DNA from: Chiloscyllium plagiosum
Lineage: Eukaryota
Assembly: GCF_004010195.1 (NCBI RefSeq)
Contig: NC_057754.1
Coordinates: forward strand, 783,318-847,317
Length of the DNA stretch: 64,000 nucleotides
Direction: 5' to 3'
Shown here: in pieces, positions 1 to 13,335 of the stretch
Layout: each line of letters begins with the position of its first letter
How positions within the stretch are numbered: the stretch's first letter is position 1
Notes under the pieces: model-generated
What the model was told of the DNA's origin: nothing
The model's input: the letters and a program-made list of their open reading frames with translations, nothing else
The model's database searches: none
Translations under genes and position numbers: made by a program

Positions 1-740
1 GTCGGTGCTGAGGGAGCGCCGCACTGTCAGAGAGTCAGTGCTGAGGGAGTGCCGCACGGTCGGAGGGTCAGCGCTGAGGGAGCGCCGCACTGTCAGAGAG
101 TCAGTGCTGAGGGAGTGCCGCACGGTCGGAGGGTCAGCGCTGAGGGAGCGCCGCACTGTCAGAGAGTCAGTGCTGAGGGAGTGCCGCACTGTCAGAGAGT
201 CGGTACTGAGGGAGCGCCGCACTGTCAGAGAGTCGGTGCTGAGGGAGCGCCGCACTGTCAGAGAGTCGGTGCTGAGGGAGCGCCGCACTGTCAGAGAGTC
301 GGTGCTGAGGGAGCGCCGCACTGTCAGAGGGTCGGTGCTGAGGGAGCTCCGCACTGTCAGATTCGGTGCTGAGGGAGTGCCGCACTGTCAGAGGGTCAGT
401 GCTGAGGGAGTGGGCACTGTCGGAGGGTCAGCGCTGAGGGAGTGCCGCACTGTCAGAGAGTCGGTGCTGAGGGAGCGCCGCACTGTCAGAGGGTCAGTAC
501 TGAGGGAGCGCCGCACTGTCAGAGGGTCGGTGCTGAGGGAGTGCTGCACTGTCGGAGAGTCGGTGCTGAGGGAGCACCGCAATGTCGGAGGATCAACTCT
601 GAGAGAGCGCAGCACTGGTGGAGGGTCGGCGCTGAGGGAGTGCTGCAGTGTCGGAGGGTCAGCGCTGAGGGAGTGCTGCAGTGTCGGAGGGTCAGTGCTG
701 AGGGAATGTTGCACTGCCGAAACGTCAGTGCTGAGGGAGA
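1..740 (+). repeat. 33-bp minisatellite (~22 units, runs off the window edge)
   Basis: Unit GTCRGTGCTGAGGGAGYGCCGCACTGTCAGAGA; the 33-bp period explains the 11-aa periodic ORFs. Confidence 0.95.
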
Positions 741-1269
741 TGAATGATCCCACAGCTGGTGTTGTGGGGTCTGGTATGGATGTGGTCATGTCTCTGCCAC
801 CCCCTCTACCCCCACCGCAACATGTAAACAGAATGGTAGTGATTATCATTTTTCTGTCTCTGTTGGATCTTGTGGTGTCATAACTGTCATATTTTGAGAA
901 ATGATGTATTTGGCTGCTAAGGTGCTTTGACGCCTCCTGTGGTGGTGAACTTTGGCGAAATACAGATGTTTTTTTCTCTGAAACTTTGCCTTATGTTGTG
1001 GAAACATCGAATGTGAGAATTTGAAAACATCAATTTGATAGCAAGGTGGAAAGATAACAGGAGGTGCTCTGGCCTGTAGAATATCCTGTGCATACAGCTA
1101 TTAATTTGGTGTTAAAGGAGTTGTCCGTTTTTCAGTCCCGTTAAGAGAACTCTGTGCGTCTGGTCACTTTTGATGTAGTGTCACACTTGTACTGACCACC
1201 TGTCTATTCGACAGTACTGATAGATAAATTTGTGGTACCTGAGAGAACTTGCTGTGATAACTACAATTC

Positions 1270-1730
1270 GACCAAAGCTCTGCTGTCCACAACGTCACTG
1301 ACTCACGTTCACCCAGTACGCCCCTGTGCTTACAGACTCACTTTAACACCCAGTGCAGACATGCTTCAATTTTCATTAGTGCATGAAATCATTCAAATCT
1401 CCTCCCCATCTCTGTAAACTCCTCCAGCCCCTATACCCCTCCCTATCTTTGTCATCCCTCCAATCTCTACACCATCTCCTTGTCTCTGTCACCTCCTCCA
1501 ATCCTGGCCTCTCCAGCATTTCCCAATTCCCATTGCTCCACTCTTTGGGGCTGTGCCTGGGGCCCTCAGGTCAGGAATTCTCTCAATAACTCTGAGCTCT
1601 TTGACCAGGCTTTTATGTCACCTGCCCCTTGTGTGGCTCTGGGTCAAAGCCACTCTGCTTGATGCTCCAGCGAAGTGCCTGAAGAGTTTTACTGTGTTGA
1701 AGGTATTAGACAAATACAGTCTCTTGTTGG
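1270..1730 (+). mobile_element. L2-type LINE 3' fragment
   Basis: Degenerate ...ctctttgaccaggctttt...gaagtgcctgaagagttttact...ttgttg tail resembling a shark L2 3' end; similar copy at ~15050-15390. Confidence 0.6.
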
Positions 1731-2279
1731 AATCTAAAATAAGGAATGCAGGTCAATGCCAACACAGTCGAAGGCCACTCGGCCCTCTTGGATTTGCCAA
1801 CTCTCCAGACGAAGGTGGTTGCTTTACAATGAGATTCAGTCAAACTATTGTGCTTGGAGTGTTGTTAACTGAGTCAAGGACTTATGTTTATATGGGCGAC
1901 TGTGGGGAGTTAGCTTTGGTGATGATTTGGTGCTGTGGGGAATCGGATGAAGTGCTGCTCCAGGTTTGCTAATTGCTGTGTATTGGAGGAATTTTTCCCT
2001 CCCTCACTGACTAGGATACTCTCCTATGGCCTGTGTCCCTCAGTCACAGGCTGCCCTCTCATACCTGTCTCGTGGACAGCATTTATTCTCAGGATGCTGT
2101 TAGACCAAGGCACTAGATAAATGCAATTCATTGTTATAATCTGAAATACGGAATGCAGATCAGTTACAGCAAGTATGAGGTCACTGTGCTAGTCTGTCAT
2201 TCATTTCCCAGCACGAAGCAGACTGGAACAGGAATGTTGGCCAGGTTAGAGAGTCAGGAGGCTCTGCAAGTGGCACTGC

Positions 2280-2440
2280 TGACACACTCACACAAATATA
2301 CAGACAGACAGACAGACAGACACACACACACACACACACACACTCTCTCTCTTACAGGCACACACAGGTACCTGCATGAACACACATGCATAGACATGCA
2401 GACACACACACACACATATATACAGGCACACACTTTCACC
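2280..2440. repeat. (CA)n/(CAGA)n microsatellite
   Basis: Directly visible. Confidence 0.9.
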
Positions 2441-3272
2441 CACAAATCCTCACTTCATTTCAACTGTTTTGCTTTCTCTTTGGCTCTGAACTCTCCGGAT
2501 CTCCTTTACCACTTTTAAAAGATGCTGTTAAGAGCAGGGGAGACCAGAACTGGGGGATATCAATCACAGGCAGTCCTGAATAAATCCAGTGCAGAATTCA
2601 GGAGAAACATCCTGGCCCCAGAGAGTGGGGAGAATATGTGATTTGCTCCCACAGGGAGGGCTCAAAGGGAATCATATCGATATGTTTTTTTTTTGGGGGG
2701 GTCAGCTGGATAAATGCATGAGGGAGCTAGAAATAGAAGGATAGGGGGTTGGGGGTTGATGGTGAGAGAGAGTAGGAGAGGCTTGTCTGAGCTGTTAGTC
2801 TAAATGGTGGTATGGGAGTCCAGGCTAGGTGATACATTGGGCAGTTTTGACAGAATATCAGCTATCCCTTCTCCTTCAAACATGCCATTCAATGCAAGGA
2901 GAAGCCTCAATGCAAGGAGAAAGGGTATCCAGTGATTTTGACAATAGGATCCATAGTTGCTCTTCTGCAAAGACAATGTGTCACAAAAACAGGAAGTTGG
3001 AAATGTCACTCACATTTCGAAACTCAATGAGAACAGATGTTAGTCGCAGACAATATGAACAGGTGCAGACATTCAGAAGAAGAGGAAAAATATACTACTC
3101 CCTCTGATTAGGTGAATCTCTCTGTGGCTCAGTGGGTAGCACTCTCTCTCACTCTCGCCTCTGACCCTGAAAGTTTTAGGTGAGAGCACACTTCAGAGAT
3201 TTAAACACAAAGCCAGTCCCAGCATTGCCCTGTTGGAGGGTCAGTACTAATGGAGCACCACACTGACATTTA

Positions 3273-4095
3273 ACAGCACAGAAAAGGCCCTTAAGTCCAT
3301 TGTGTTCTTGCTGGTCATCAATTCAAATCCTATTTCCCAGGGCTTGTTCCATAGGTGGTCAGCACTGCCCTTTCAACTGCTCATCTAAATACTTGTCTTG
3401 GGAGGGTTCACACCTCTAATATCCTTTTAAGCAGTGAGTTCCAGATACCACCTATCCTCTGGGTAAATAATTCTACCTCAAATATCCTCTGAACCTCCTG
3501 CTTCTTAGCTTAATACTGACCCCACTACTAAAGGGGGAATGTTTCTCCCTATTTACTCTGGTCTATACCTCTCAGAACTCTGTATACCTCAATCATCCCC
3601 CGTCCCCCGGCCAGCCTTCTCTGATCTGTAGAAAACAACCCCAGCTATCCAGTTTCTCTTCATCACTCAATCACTGCAGTCCAGGCAGCATCCTGGTGAA
3701 TTTCCTCTACTTCCTTCAGTGCAATCATATCCTTCCTATTGTACGGTGACCAGAACTACAGTATTCCAGCATTGGCCTAGTTAACTTCATAACCTCCCTG
3801 CTCTTGTATTCAATATCTTGATTAATAAAGGCAAGTGTGCCATATACCTTCTTAACCACCTTATACACTTGTCCTACTGCCTTCAAGGATCTGTGGATAC
3901 CAAGGTCTCTCTGATGCTCTGTACTTCCTAGGGTCTGCAAATTCAACATGTACTCTCTTGTCTTGTTAGTCCTCCCAAAATGCATTGCCTTGCAATTTTC
4001 AGGATTAAATTCTATTTGCCACTGTTCAGCTGATCTGACCAGCCAATCTATATTGTAGTCTGAGGCTTTCTTCCTTGCTATATTTACCATACCAT
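3273..4095 (-). mobile_element. CR1 LINE 3' fragment
   Basis: Minus-strand peptide WQIEFNPENCKAMHFGRTN...QRDLGIHRSLK...LAFINQDIEYKSREVM (CR1 ORF2 C-terminus). Confidence 0.85.
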
Positions 4096-4329
4096 TCATG
4101 TGAAAGGCACTTTGGGATATCCTAATCTGATGAGAGATAGAAACAGTTCTCTTTGTCTCACTGAGAATTGCATCCAAGTCTGTGAAATATTGACTCTGCG
4201 TTTTGCCAGGTTTCTGCAGACACTCTGGGGATTCTCGTTGTTCCCCCTTTTTCAGATTCTGGAGCAGATGAACTGAGATTACAGCTGGCAACAGTCTGGA
4301 ATCTGAAACATTCACAGCAATCTTCAGCC

Positions 4330-5530
4330 AGAATTGCCAAATGGATGATCCATCTCTGCCTCTTCCAGTTGTCCCAGCATTACAAATTCAGCCAATTTGA
4401 TTCACTCTGTGATATCGAGAAGCGGTTGGAGGCACTGGATACTGCAAAGTGTATGGGTCCTGACATTCTGATAATGGTATTGAAAAGTTGTGCTCCAGGA
4501 CATGCTGCTCCCCTAAACTTGTTCAGTACAGCTACAACACTTGCATCTACCTAATAATATAGAAATTTGCTCAGATATGTCCTTTACACAAAAAGCAGGA
4601 GAAATCCAACCTGGCCAATTACTGCCTCATCAGTCTGCTTTAGATCATCAATAAAATGATGGAAGATGTCACCAACAGTGCTATCAAGCAGCAACTGCTC
4701 AGCAATAACCCGTTCAGGGATGCCCAGTTTGGGTTCTACCAGGCCCACTCAGCTTCAGACCTCATGACAACCTTGGTTCAAAAATGGATAAAATAGTTGA
4801 ATTCCAGAGATGAGGTAAGAGTGACAGCCCTTGACAGCAAGGTTGCATTTGACTGAGTGCAGCATTAAGGAACCCTAACAAAACAGGAATTAATGGGTAT
4901 CAGGGAAAACTCTCCACTTGTTGGAGTCATACATGATACATAGGAGGGCGGTGGTGGTTGTGGAAGGTCAGTCATCTCAGCTCCAGGACATCTCTGCTGG
5001 AGTTCCTCAGGGGAGTGTCTTAAGCCCAACTACCTTCAGCTGCTTTGTAAACGATTCACCCTCTTATCATAAAGTCAGGAGTGGGGGTCTAACTGTTTTC
5101 CTTTAATATTCAATGATTTTGCCGTAACTGAGTCCCCACTATCAACATCCTGGTGGTTACCATTGACCAGAAACTCAAACAGACTCGTCACATAAACACA
5201 ATGGCTACAAAAACAGGTCTGAGGCAAGGAATAATATTGCAAGTAACTCACCTCCTGACTCCCAAAGCCTGTCCACCATCGACAAGGCACAAATCAGGAG
5301 TGTGATGGAATAATCCCCGCTTGCCTGGATCAGTGCAGCTCCAACAACACTAAAGAAACTTAAAACCATCCAGGACAAAGCAGCCTGCTCCCTCCATCAC
5401 TGACACTGAGTAGCCGCAGTATTACCATCTACAAGATACACTGCATGATTTCACCAAAGTTCCTTAGATAACCCTTTCTAAACCCATGACCACTATCACC
5501 TAGAAGGACAAGATATCTGCAGATATATGG
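4330..5530 (+). mobile_element. CR1-clade LINE, second family, degraded RT region and 3' end
   Basis: LDTAKCMGPD and [14 protein letters not shown] motifs; related pieces at 10800-11000(-), 13340-13585(-), 21985-22310(+), 59825-60225(+). Confidence 0.8.
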
Positions 5531-6664
5531 AAGGAAGTTACAGATATAGGGAGGGTCATGGGGGCTGGAGGAGGTTACAGAGATAGGGAGAGGTGTAGAA
5601 GACAGAGGAGATTCCAGAGAAACTGAGAAGAGGGGCTGGGGGAGATTACAGAGATACGGAGAGGTGTAGAAACTGGAGGAGATTACAGCGATAGTGAGTG
5701 TGTAGAGACTGAAGGAGGTTACAGCAATAGAGAGGAGGCCCAGAGGTAGGGAATAGGTAATGAGAGGTTTGAACAGAGAATGTTAAAATAGGCCACCCAG
5801 CCCTTTGAGTTTCCTCTACAATCACCCTGATAACTATTGGCTCCCGTTTTAGAGAAGCATTTCTCTCATTGTCTTAAAGTACTGAATGCGCCTGTCCTCA
5901 CCCCTCCCTGGGGAAGCGAGTTCCACAAAATAACAACCCTTCAAGTGATTAAAACACTTCCTGGCCTCCATCTTGACAGGGAAACTCCCCATTTTTAAAG
6001 TCCTCAGTTTTAGTCTCTCCCACAAAGGGAAACATCCTCTCAACATCCACCCTGTAATATTCCATCAGCATCTTTACACTTCAATAGGATCACCTCTCAT
6101 TTATTGATAACAGGCTGAACCTATTCAGACTCTCTGTCAAAACACACTTCTGCCCATCTCTTTCTCATCTTCTGCAAACTGCCCACTCGATATCTGTCTT
6201 TAACAACACTTGACAGTGAAGTTCAAAATGTTATAGAGGATTGTGTGACAAAACATACTCTGGTCAGCAGAGAGAGATGGTATTTATTAAATGTTTAAAC
6301 TCTTGTTACCGTGATTGAGGATCCAGATGCACCAGAATCATTCAATAGCGTGGAACACATCATGATATCTGAGAGAGTGCAGGCCCAGTTGTCCCTAGAA
6401 CTGGTTCGACAGCCTCACTCAAATCAATGGAGGCTACTCCTCTCTGTGTCCATTATTTAAGAAGCTATGGCCCTAACCCGTGTCACCTTTAATGTCAGTG
6501 CCTCACTCCTAATGTCCCTACAGTCAGTCCCACCTCTCACTTGGGCACTATTCCACAGCTGCCTTGGATACCCTTGTTACACAAGTGGGAGTTGGGCCAG
6601 CTGTTTGACTCCTGGAGGCATCACTTGCCATCCAGCACGACCCACGTTTCAACTGAGATTACCA

Positions 6665-6900
6665 GATTCTAGATTAGTGTGGTGCTGGAAAATTACAGCA
6701 GGCCAGGCAGCATCCAAGGAGCAGGAAAATCGACGTTTCGGGCAAAAGGAATGAAGGCAGGAAGCCTCTGGGATGGAGAGATAAATGGGAGGGGGATAGG
6801 GCTGGGGAGAAGGTAGCAAAGAGTACAATAAGTGGATGGGGGTGGGGATGAAGGTGATAGATCAGAGAGGAGGATGGAGCGGATAGGTGGGAAGGAAGCA
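6665..6900 (-). mobile_element. Penelope-derived pLTR fragment with partly deleted hammerhead
   Basis: gtggtgctggaaaa...ggcagcatccaaggagcaggaaaatcgacgtttcgggcaaaag, the same repeat as the ends of the 8579-9609 element. Confidence 0.75.
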
Positions 6901-7712
6901 GGAACCCTGGGCAGTGTTCTTACCCACCTGGTCCAATACTGTACCCAACTGAAGGGGAACTGAAGCTAACTGTGAGTCAGCCAGACAGCACAGAGAGTGA
7001 GCCAAACCCGGTATATTCAGATCATTGTAACCAACCACTGACAAGTGAGTGGGGTAGGCACAGTCCCCCTGAAGAAAGAACCCGTGTTTCTGTGGAGTCC
7101 TGAGACATTCCAATGCTGTTCCCAGCAACTTGAGGGGTTTTGCACTGAAGCCACTGTTGTCCTCGTGGAAATGCAACTGCTTGCTTGTGCACAGCAAGAT
7201 CGCACGGCCAGCTATATACGACTACCCAGATCATCTATTTTCAGCCCCAGGACACAGGGAGAGCTCTGTCCTGCACTACTTCCAGTTGTGCGGCTTTTTT
7301 AACCCACCGCCAACCTGCTACCTCACCCCGAGAGAAGCATTTATTCTGCCTGGAAGAGGATCCACTATAGCAGCTGCGTCGGTTCCTCTTTGCCACCATT
7401 ATTTTTGGAATCTAGCAAATTTAGATTGAATTGTCAACCCTGAAATGCTTCTCACAGGGTCAGTAAGCACCTGGGAGCCAGTTGTCCAAGCCTTTTGCAG
7501 CCTGCTCCTGAGTTGACTCTCAATGGACGATTGCCATGGCCTGGAGTCTGCTGCACAAGAGGCAGTGAGCAAGGTACAACCTCCCTAAGTCGAATAGCTA
7601 ACTGAGAGAATGCCCTCTATGTGTGGCTAGTCTGAAACCGCCAATTGAGAAGGAGAGAGTGAGGGGAGAGAGGATGAGAAGTTTTCTGCTGGTTCAGGGA
7701 CAATTTTTTTAA

Positions 7713-8038
7713 ATTAGATTACCTACAGTATGGAAACAGGCCCTTCGGTCCAACAAGTCCACACTGACCTTTCGAAGAGTAACCCACCCAGACCCATTCC
7801 CCTACCCTATATTTACCCCTAACTAATGCACCTAATACTATGGGTAATTTAGCATGACCAATTCATCTCACCTGCACATCTTTGGATTATGGGAGGAAAC
7901 CGGAGCACCCGGAGGAAACCCACGCAGGCACATGGAAAATGTGCAAACTCCACACAGACAGTTACCCGAGGCTGGAATCGAACCTGGTCCCGGATGCTGT
8001 GAGGCACCAGTGCTAACCACTGAGTCACCATGCCGCCC
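7713..8038 (-). mobile_element. HE1-type V-SINE
   Basis: Reverse complement of the tRNA-like head, V-domain (GGGTTTCCTCCGGGTGCTCCGGTTTCCTCCCA) and AATCT tail. Confidence 0.9.
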
Positions 8039-8578
8039 GTATCCGAGATGTTAGCTGGGAATTGTGGGCAGTATTACTCTGACTTGTTGTTTCTGTGTAT
8101 TTATGTGATCTTGACACACCAGCTGTCTCCCTGCTTCACAGCTTCTGCCCTATCAAATGGAGGTACCTCTACTGACCACTGGGCTGTGTCTGGTCAGAGA
8201 TGTACAGCACTAAAAAAGGCCCTTTGGCCCATTGTGGCTGTGCTGGTCAAGAACAACCACCTAATTAGAACTAGGGGGCAAAGCCTCAAAATAAGGGGGA
8301 GCAGATTTAGGACTGAGTTGAGGATCTTCACCCAAAATGTTGTGAATCTGTGGAATTTCCTGCCCAGTGAAGTAGTTGAGGCTACCTTGTTGAATGTTAA
8401 GGGCAAAGAGAGAGAAATTTTTAAACATTAAAGGCATTAAGGGTTATGGTGAGCAGGCAGGCAAATGAAGCTGAGTCCAGGCCAGATAGCCTACTCCTGC
8501 ACCTATTTCTTATGTTAATTATTTAATCCCAATTCCCAGTACTTGGTCCATAGCATTGTCTGCCTTAGTATTGCAAGT

Positions 8579-9609
8579 CGAAAAGTGTGATGCTGGAAAA
8601 ACGCAGCAGGTCAGGCAGCATCAGAGGAGGAGGAGAATTGACATAAGCCCTTCAGAAAGATATGTGGGTGGGAGAGCTGGAAGATAAATAGGAGGGTGGG
8701 GATGAGGTAGCTGGGAAGGTGATCGGTAGATACAAGTGGAGTGATGGTGATAGGTGAGAGGGGAGGGGGTTAGAGTGAATAGGTGGGAAGGAAGATGGAC
8801 ATGTAGGACAGTTCAAAAGGGTGGTGCTGAGTTGGAGGGTTGGATCTGGGATAAAGTGGGGGAGGGGAGATGAGGAAACTGCTGAAGTCAATATTGATGC
8901 TGTGTGGTTGGAGGATCCCAAGGCAGATGATGAGGCTTTCTTCCTCCGGGCATCGGGTAACTTGGATTTAGTGGCGAAGGAGGCCCAGGACTTGCATGTC
9001 CTTGACGGAGTGAGAGGGGGAGTTGGAGTGGTTGGCCACAGGGTGGTGTGGTTGTTTGGTGCGTGTGTCCCAAACATGTTCTCTGAAACATTCAATGAGT
9101 TGGCATCCTGTTTCCCCAATGTAGAGGAGACCACATCGAGAGCAACGGACACAGTACATGAGGTGTTTGGATGTGCAGGAAAATCTCTGCTGGATGTGGA
9201 AGGATCCTTTCAGGCCTTGGAAGGAGGTGAGGGTGGAGGTGTGGGCGCAGGTTTTACACGGTATTGACATCGACTTCACCAGTTCCATCTCCCCTCCCCC
9301 CAACTCATCCCAGATCCAATCCTCCAACTCGGCACTGCCCTTTTAAACTGTCCTACCTATCCATCTTCCTTCCCACCTATCTGCTCCACCCTCCCCTCCC
9401 CACTTGTATCTATATATCATTTTCCCAGCTACCTCAACCCCAACCCCACCCTCCAATTTATCCCTCAGCCCACATCTCCACCATTCCTGATGAAGGACTT
9501 ATGCCCGAAACGTTGATTCTCCTGCTCCTCGGATGCTGCCTGACCTGTTGTACTTTTCCACACCTTTTGACTCTGTTCTCCTGCATTTGCAGTCCTCACT
9601 TTCTCCTTC
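8579..9609 (-). mobile_element. Penelope-like element fragment (GIY-YIG endonuclease) with inverted pseudo-LTRs
   Basis: Minus-strand peptide FSCTSKHLMYCVRCSRCGLLYIGETGCQLIECFREH...HPVANHSNSPSH; termini 8580-8800 and 9340-9560 are inverted copies; interrupts an older CR1 tail. Confidence 0.88.
9483..9518 (+). ncRNA. Minimal type-I hammerhead ribozyme motif (core intact, one stem II mismatch)
   Basis: ATTC-CTGATGA-A-GGAC-TTAT-GCCC-GAAA-CG-TT-GATT. Confidence 0.7.
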
Positions 9610-10060
9610 TGCACATCTAAATACTTCTTCAATATTACAATATTCAATATTCCAAGGGTTTCTGTCTCTACCATCCTGACAGGCAATAACTTCCAGATTC
9701 CCACAACCCCCTGGATGAAAAGATTTGCCTTGCATCTCCACTAAATCTCCTGTCCCTTATCTTAAATCTGTGCCCCCCCCCCGATCATTGATCCTTCTAT
9801 CAAGGGAAAAATGTCTTCCTATCTACCTTACGTGTGCCTCCTCATACTTTTATCCATCTCAATCCTGTTCCCTGTCAAACTCCTCTGCTTTAAGGAAAAC
9901 AGCCATAGTCTGTCCAATCTCTCTTCCAAACTGAAACTTTCCAGACCAGGGGCAGCATCCTGGTAAATCTCTTCCTCACCCTCTCCAGTTCCTGCTTCCA
10001 GCCACATAGTGTTTTCTCTCTCTCAGTTTATCTCTGTCTTTCTCTCTCTCCAGCTCCCCT

Positions 10061-10223
10061 ATGGAGTCACCTCGCTGCAATCAATCATTTTCACATTCCT
10101 CTTTTAATCATTTGAAGATGTCTTATGTAAACTGGCTCCAGATCATAGCCGAAGAAACGTGCCAAGTCTCAAAACCCTCTCCACATCAAAAAGATTTCTC
10201 GTGGATTTTTGAATGTGACTCTG
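10061..10223 (+). CDS. EML3: Candidate upstream coding exon of EML3 (exon 10054-10223, ATG at 10061)
   Basis: Strong pyrimidine tract plus cag acceptor at 10051-10053. Frame is open from ATG (MESPRCNQ...FSWIFECDS) to a phase-1 donor CTG|gtgcgt at 10223/10224, compatible with the phase-1 exon at 20262. No strong homology support. Confidence 0.45.
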
Positions 10224-10509
10224 GTGCGTGCCCATGTACCTTTATGTGTCTATGTACACAAGTGGGGGAATGTGTTTGCCTGATGTACACAGTCAGTTCT
10301 GCTATAACATGTGTTTCTTCAACATGAATTAGCTTAAACACAATTGAAGAACTTAGACTGTTATTTGCAGTACGTGAACTTTCCTTACCTTTATATTGGC
10401 TATAACGTGATTCTGGACCCATTAGTTAAAATGGTGGCGCTATAGTACTATTTTCTCATAATGTGAGATCACACCAGAACCAAACTATTGCATTATATCA
10501 GAACTGACT

Positions 10510-10800
10510 ATATATGTATATGTATGTGTACACATGCCTAGGGTGCACCTGTGTGTTTCCATGCCCAAGTTCTTGCATGTGAGTGTACAAGTGATTCTGC
10601 ACCAGTATGTGAACCTGTGCATCTGTATATGTGCATGGTGTGTGCATGTGTGTGTATGCATACACTTGGGTGTATGTGTGCCTTGGTTCAGGTATGTGTC
10701 TACACACACCTGGGTAAATTTGTATATACATGTGCATTATGTGTATGAATTCCTGGGCACACATGTTTTTTTATGTGCCTGGGTGCACTGATGTACATGC
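10510..10800. repeat. Degenerate (TG)n/(TGTA)n microsatellite
   Basis: Directly visible. Confidence 0.85.
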
Positions 10801-11009
10801 GCCAATCAAGTGAGCTGTTTTCTTCTGGGTGGTTTTGAGCTTCTTGAATGTTGTTGGAGCTGTACCCAATGAAGCCAGTGGGGAGTATTCCGATACACTT
10901 CTGACTTGTGCCTTGTCGATGGTGGACAGGCTTTGGGAAGTCAGGAGGTGAATTACTTGCTGCAGGGTTCCCAGCGTCTGATCTGGTCTTGTAGCCATTA
11001 TACTTATAT

Positions 11010-13335
11010 AGAACATAGAACAGTACAGCACAGTACAGACCTTCCAACCCAGGATGCTGTGCTGAGCACTTATCTTAATCTAAGATCAACCTAACCTACA
11101 CACCCCACAATTTACTGCAGTCCATCTGCTTGTCTGGCAGTCACTTGAATGACACTAATGTCTCTGACTCTGCTACCACTGCTGGCACTGCATTCCATGC
11201 ACCCACCACTCTTTGCATAGAGGACCTACCTTTGACATCCCCCATACCTTCCTTCAATCACTTTAAAATTATGACCCCCATGACAGCCATTTCTACCCTG
11301 GGGACAAGTCTCTGGCTATCTATTCTATCTATGCCTCTCATTACCTTGTACACCTCTATCAGGTTACCTCCCTTCATTCTTCTCTCCAATGTGAAAAGCC
11401 CTAGCTCACTCAACCTCTCCTCATAAGACATGCTCTCCAACCCTGGCAGCATCCCGGTAAATATCCTCTGCACCCTCTCTAAAGCATCTACGTCCTTCCT
11501 ATAATGAGGTGACCAGAACTGGTCACAATATTCCAATATTATAGAGCTGCAGCACAACCTTGCGGCTTTTAAAGTCAATCCCCCTGTTAATGAAAGACAA
11601 AACACCATACACCTTCTTGACAACCCTATCAACTTGGGTGGCAACTTTGAGGGATCTATATATGTGGACCCACTGTTCCTCCACACTGCCAAGAATCCTG
11701 TCTTTAATCCTGTATTCAGCATTCAAATTCGACCTTCCAAAATGAATCACTTTGCATTTATCCACATTGAACTCCATCTGCCACTTCTCAGCTTAGCTGT
11801 GCCATCCTGTCAATGTCTTGTTGTAGCCTGCAACAGCCCTTGACACTACCTACAACGCCACTGACCTTTGTGGCATTGACAAACTTCCACTTCTTCATCC
11901 AAGTCACTTATAAAAACTATAAAGAGCAGAGGCCCAAGAACAGATCCCTGCGGGACACCACTGGTCACTGACCTCAGGCAGAATACTTTCCATGCACTAC
12001 CACTTGCTGTCTTCTTTTGGCCAGCCAATTCTGTATCCAGACAGCCAAATTATCCTGTATCCTATACCTCCTAACTTTCTGAATGAGCCTACTATGAGGA
12101 ACCTTATCAAATGAAATCCATATACACTACATCCACTCCTCAACCTTTATTAACTTGTCTCGTCACATCCTCAAATAACTCCATAAGTTGTGTGATTTTT
12201 AACTCAAATAACTCCATAAGTCTTGTGAGGCATGGCCTGCCCCTCACAAAGCTATGCTGACCATCTTTAATCAAGCTACGTTTTTCCAAATAGTCATAAA
12301 TCCTGTCTTGCAGAACCCTTTCCAGTACCTTGCTTACCACAGATGTAAGACTGACTGGTCTGTAATTCCCAGGGATTTCCCTATTCCCATTCTTGAACTG
12401 AGGAACAACATTCGACTCCCTCCAATCATCCGGTATTACTCCTGTGGAGAATAAGGATACAAAGGGCTTTTGCCCAAAACTTCGGTTTTCCTGCTCCTTG
12501 GATGCTGCCTGACCTGCTGTGCTTTCCCAGCACCACTCTAAACTTGACTCTGATCTCAAGTATCTGCAATCCTCAGTTTCGCCTATGCAAAGATCATTGC
12601 CAGAGGCGCAGCAATCTCATTCCTCGCTTCCCGTAGTAACTTTGGATATATCTGGTTTGGCCTTGGGGACTTATCTATCTTGATACGTCCCAGAATTTCC
12701 AGCAAATCCACTTCCTTAATATCAGTCTGTTCAAGCCTATTAACCTGGTCCATGTGTTCTCTCAATTAGCAAGGTTCCTCTCTTTCGTGAATACTTAAGC
12801 AAAAAACTCATTTAGGGTCTCCCACACCTTTTCAGACTCCAGACACAAGTTCCTTCACTATCCCTGATCGGCTCTACCCTCTCTCTGATCATTCTCTTAT
12901 TCCTCACGTTAAGTGTAGAACACCTTTGGGTTTTCCCTAATCCTTCCCGCCAAGGCCTTTACGTGCCCCCTCCTAGCTCTCCTCAGTCCATTTTTGAGTT
13001 CTTTCCTAGCTACCCTGTAATTCACTAAAGCTGTGCCAGATCCTCGCTTCCTCAACCTTAAGTAAGCTTCCTTCTTCCTCTTGACAAGAAGCTCCTCTTC
13101 TCTTGTCATCCAAGACTCCTTCACCTTACCATTCCTTGCCTGTCTCAGTGGGACAAAGGTATCCAACACTCGCAACAAGTGCTCCTTTAACAGTCTCCAC
13201 ATTTCTGTTGTGCATTTCCCATAGAACAAGTTGTTCCCAATTTATACTCCACAGCTCCTGTCTAATAGCAGTATAATTTCCTCTCCCCCAATTAAATACG
13301 TTCCCATACTGTCTGTTCCTATCCCTTTCCAAATC
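11010..13335 (-). mobile_element. CR1 LINE, 5'-truncated ~2.3 kb, nested in a second-family LINE and itself interrupted at ~12465-12583
   Basis: ORF2 peptides [48 protein letters not shown] tail at ~11010. Confidence 0.92.

Noticed and set aside
5..883. 292-aa ORF with 11-aa periodicity (and overlapping ORFs)
   Set aside because: Artefact of the 33-bp minisatellite being a multiple of 3; no splice or homology support.
745..1260. Possible ancient Penelope RT remnant (LVTFDVVSHL-like peptide near 1160)
   Set aside because: Only one short motif; surrounding frames are full of stops; cannot be supported without a profile search.
5530..5790. Novel purine-rich tandem repeat
   Set aside because: Reverse complement of the ctctgtaacctcctccagccc segment seen in the L2 fragments at ~1410 and ~15070; ordinary LINE-derived slippage.
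7523..7573. MDDCHGLESAAQEAVSK as the EML3 start exon
   Set aside because: Starts like EML N-termini (MD...), but its donors are phase 0 in this frame, incompatible with the phase-1 exon at 20262, and it hits a stop if joined to 10054.
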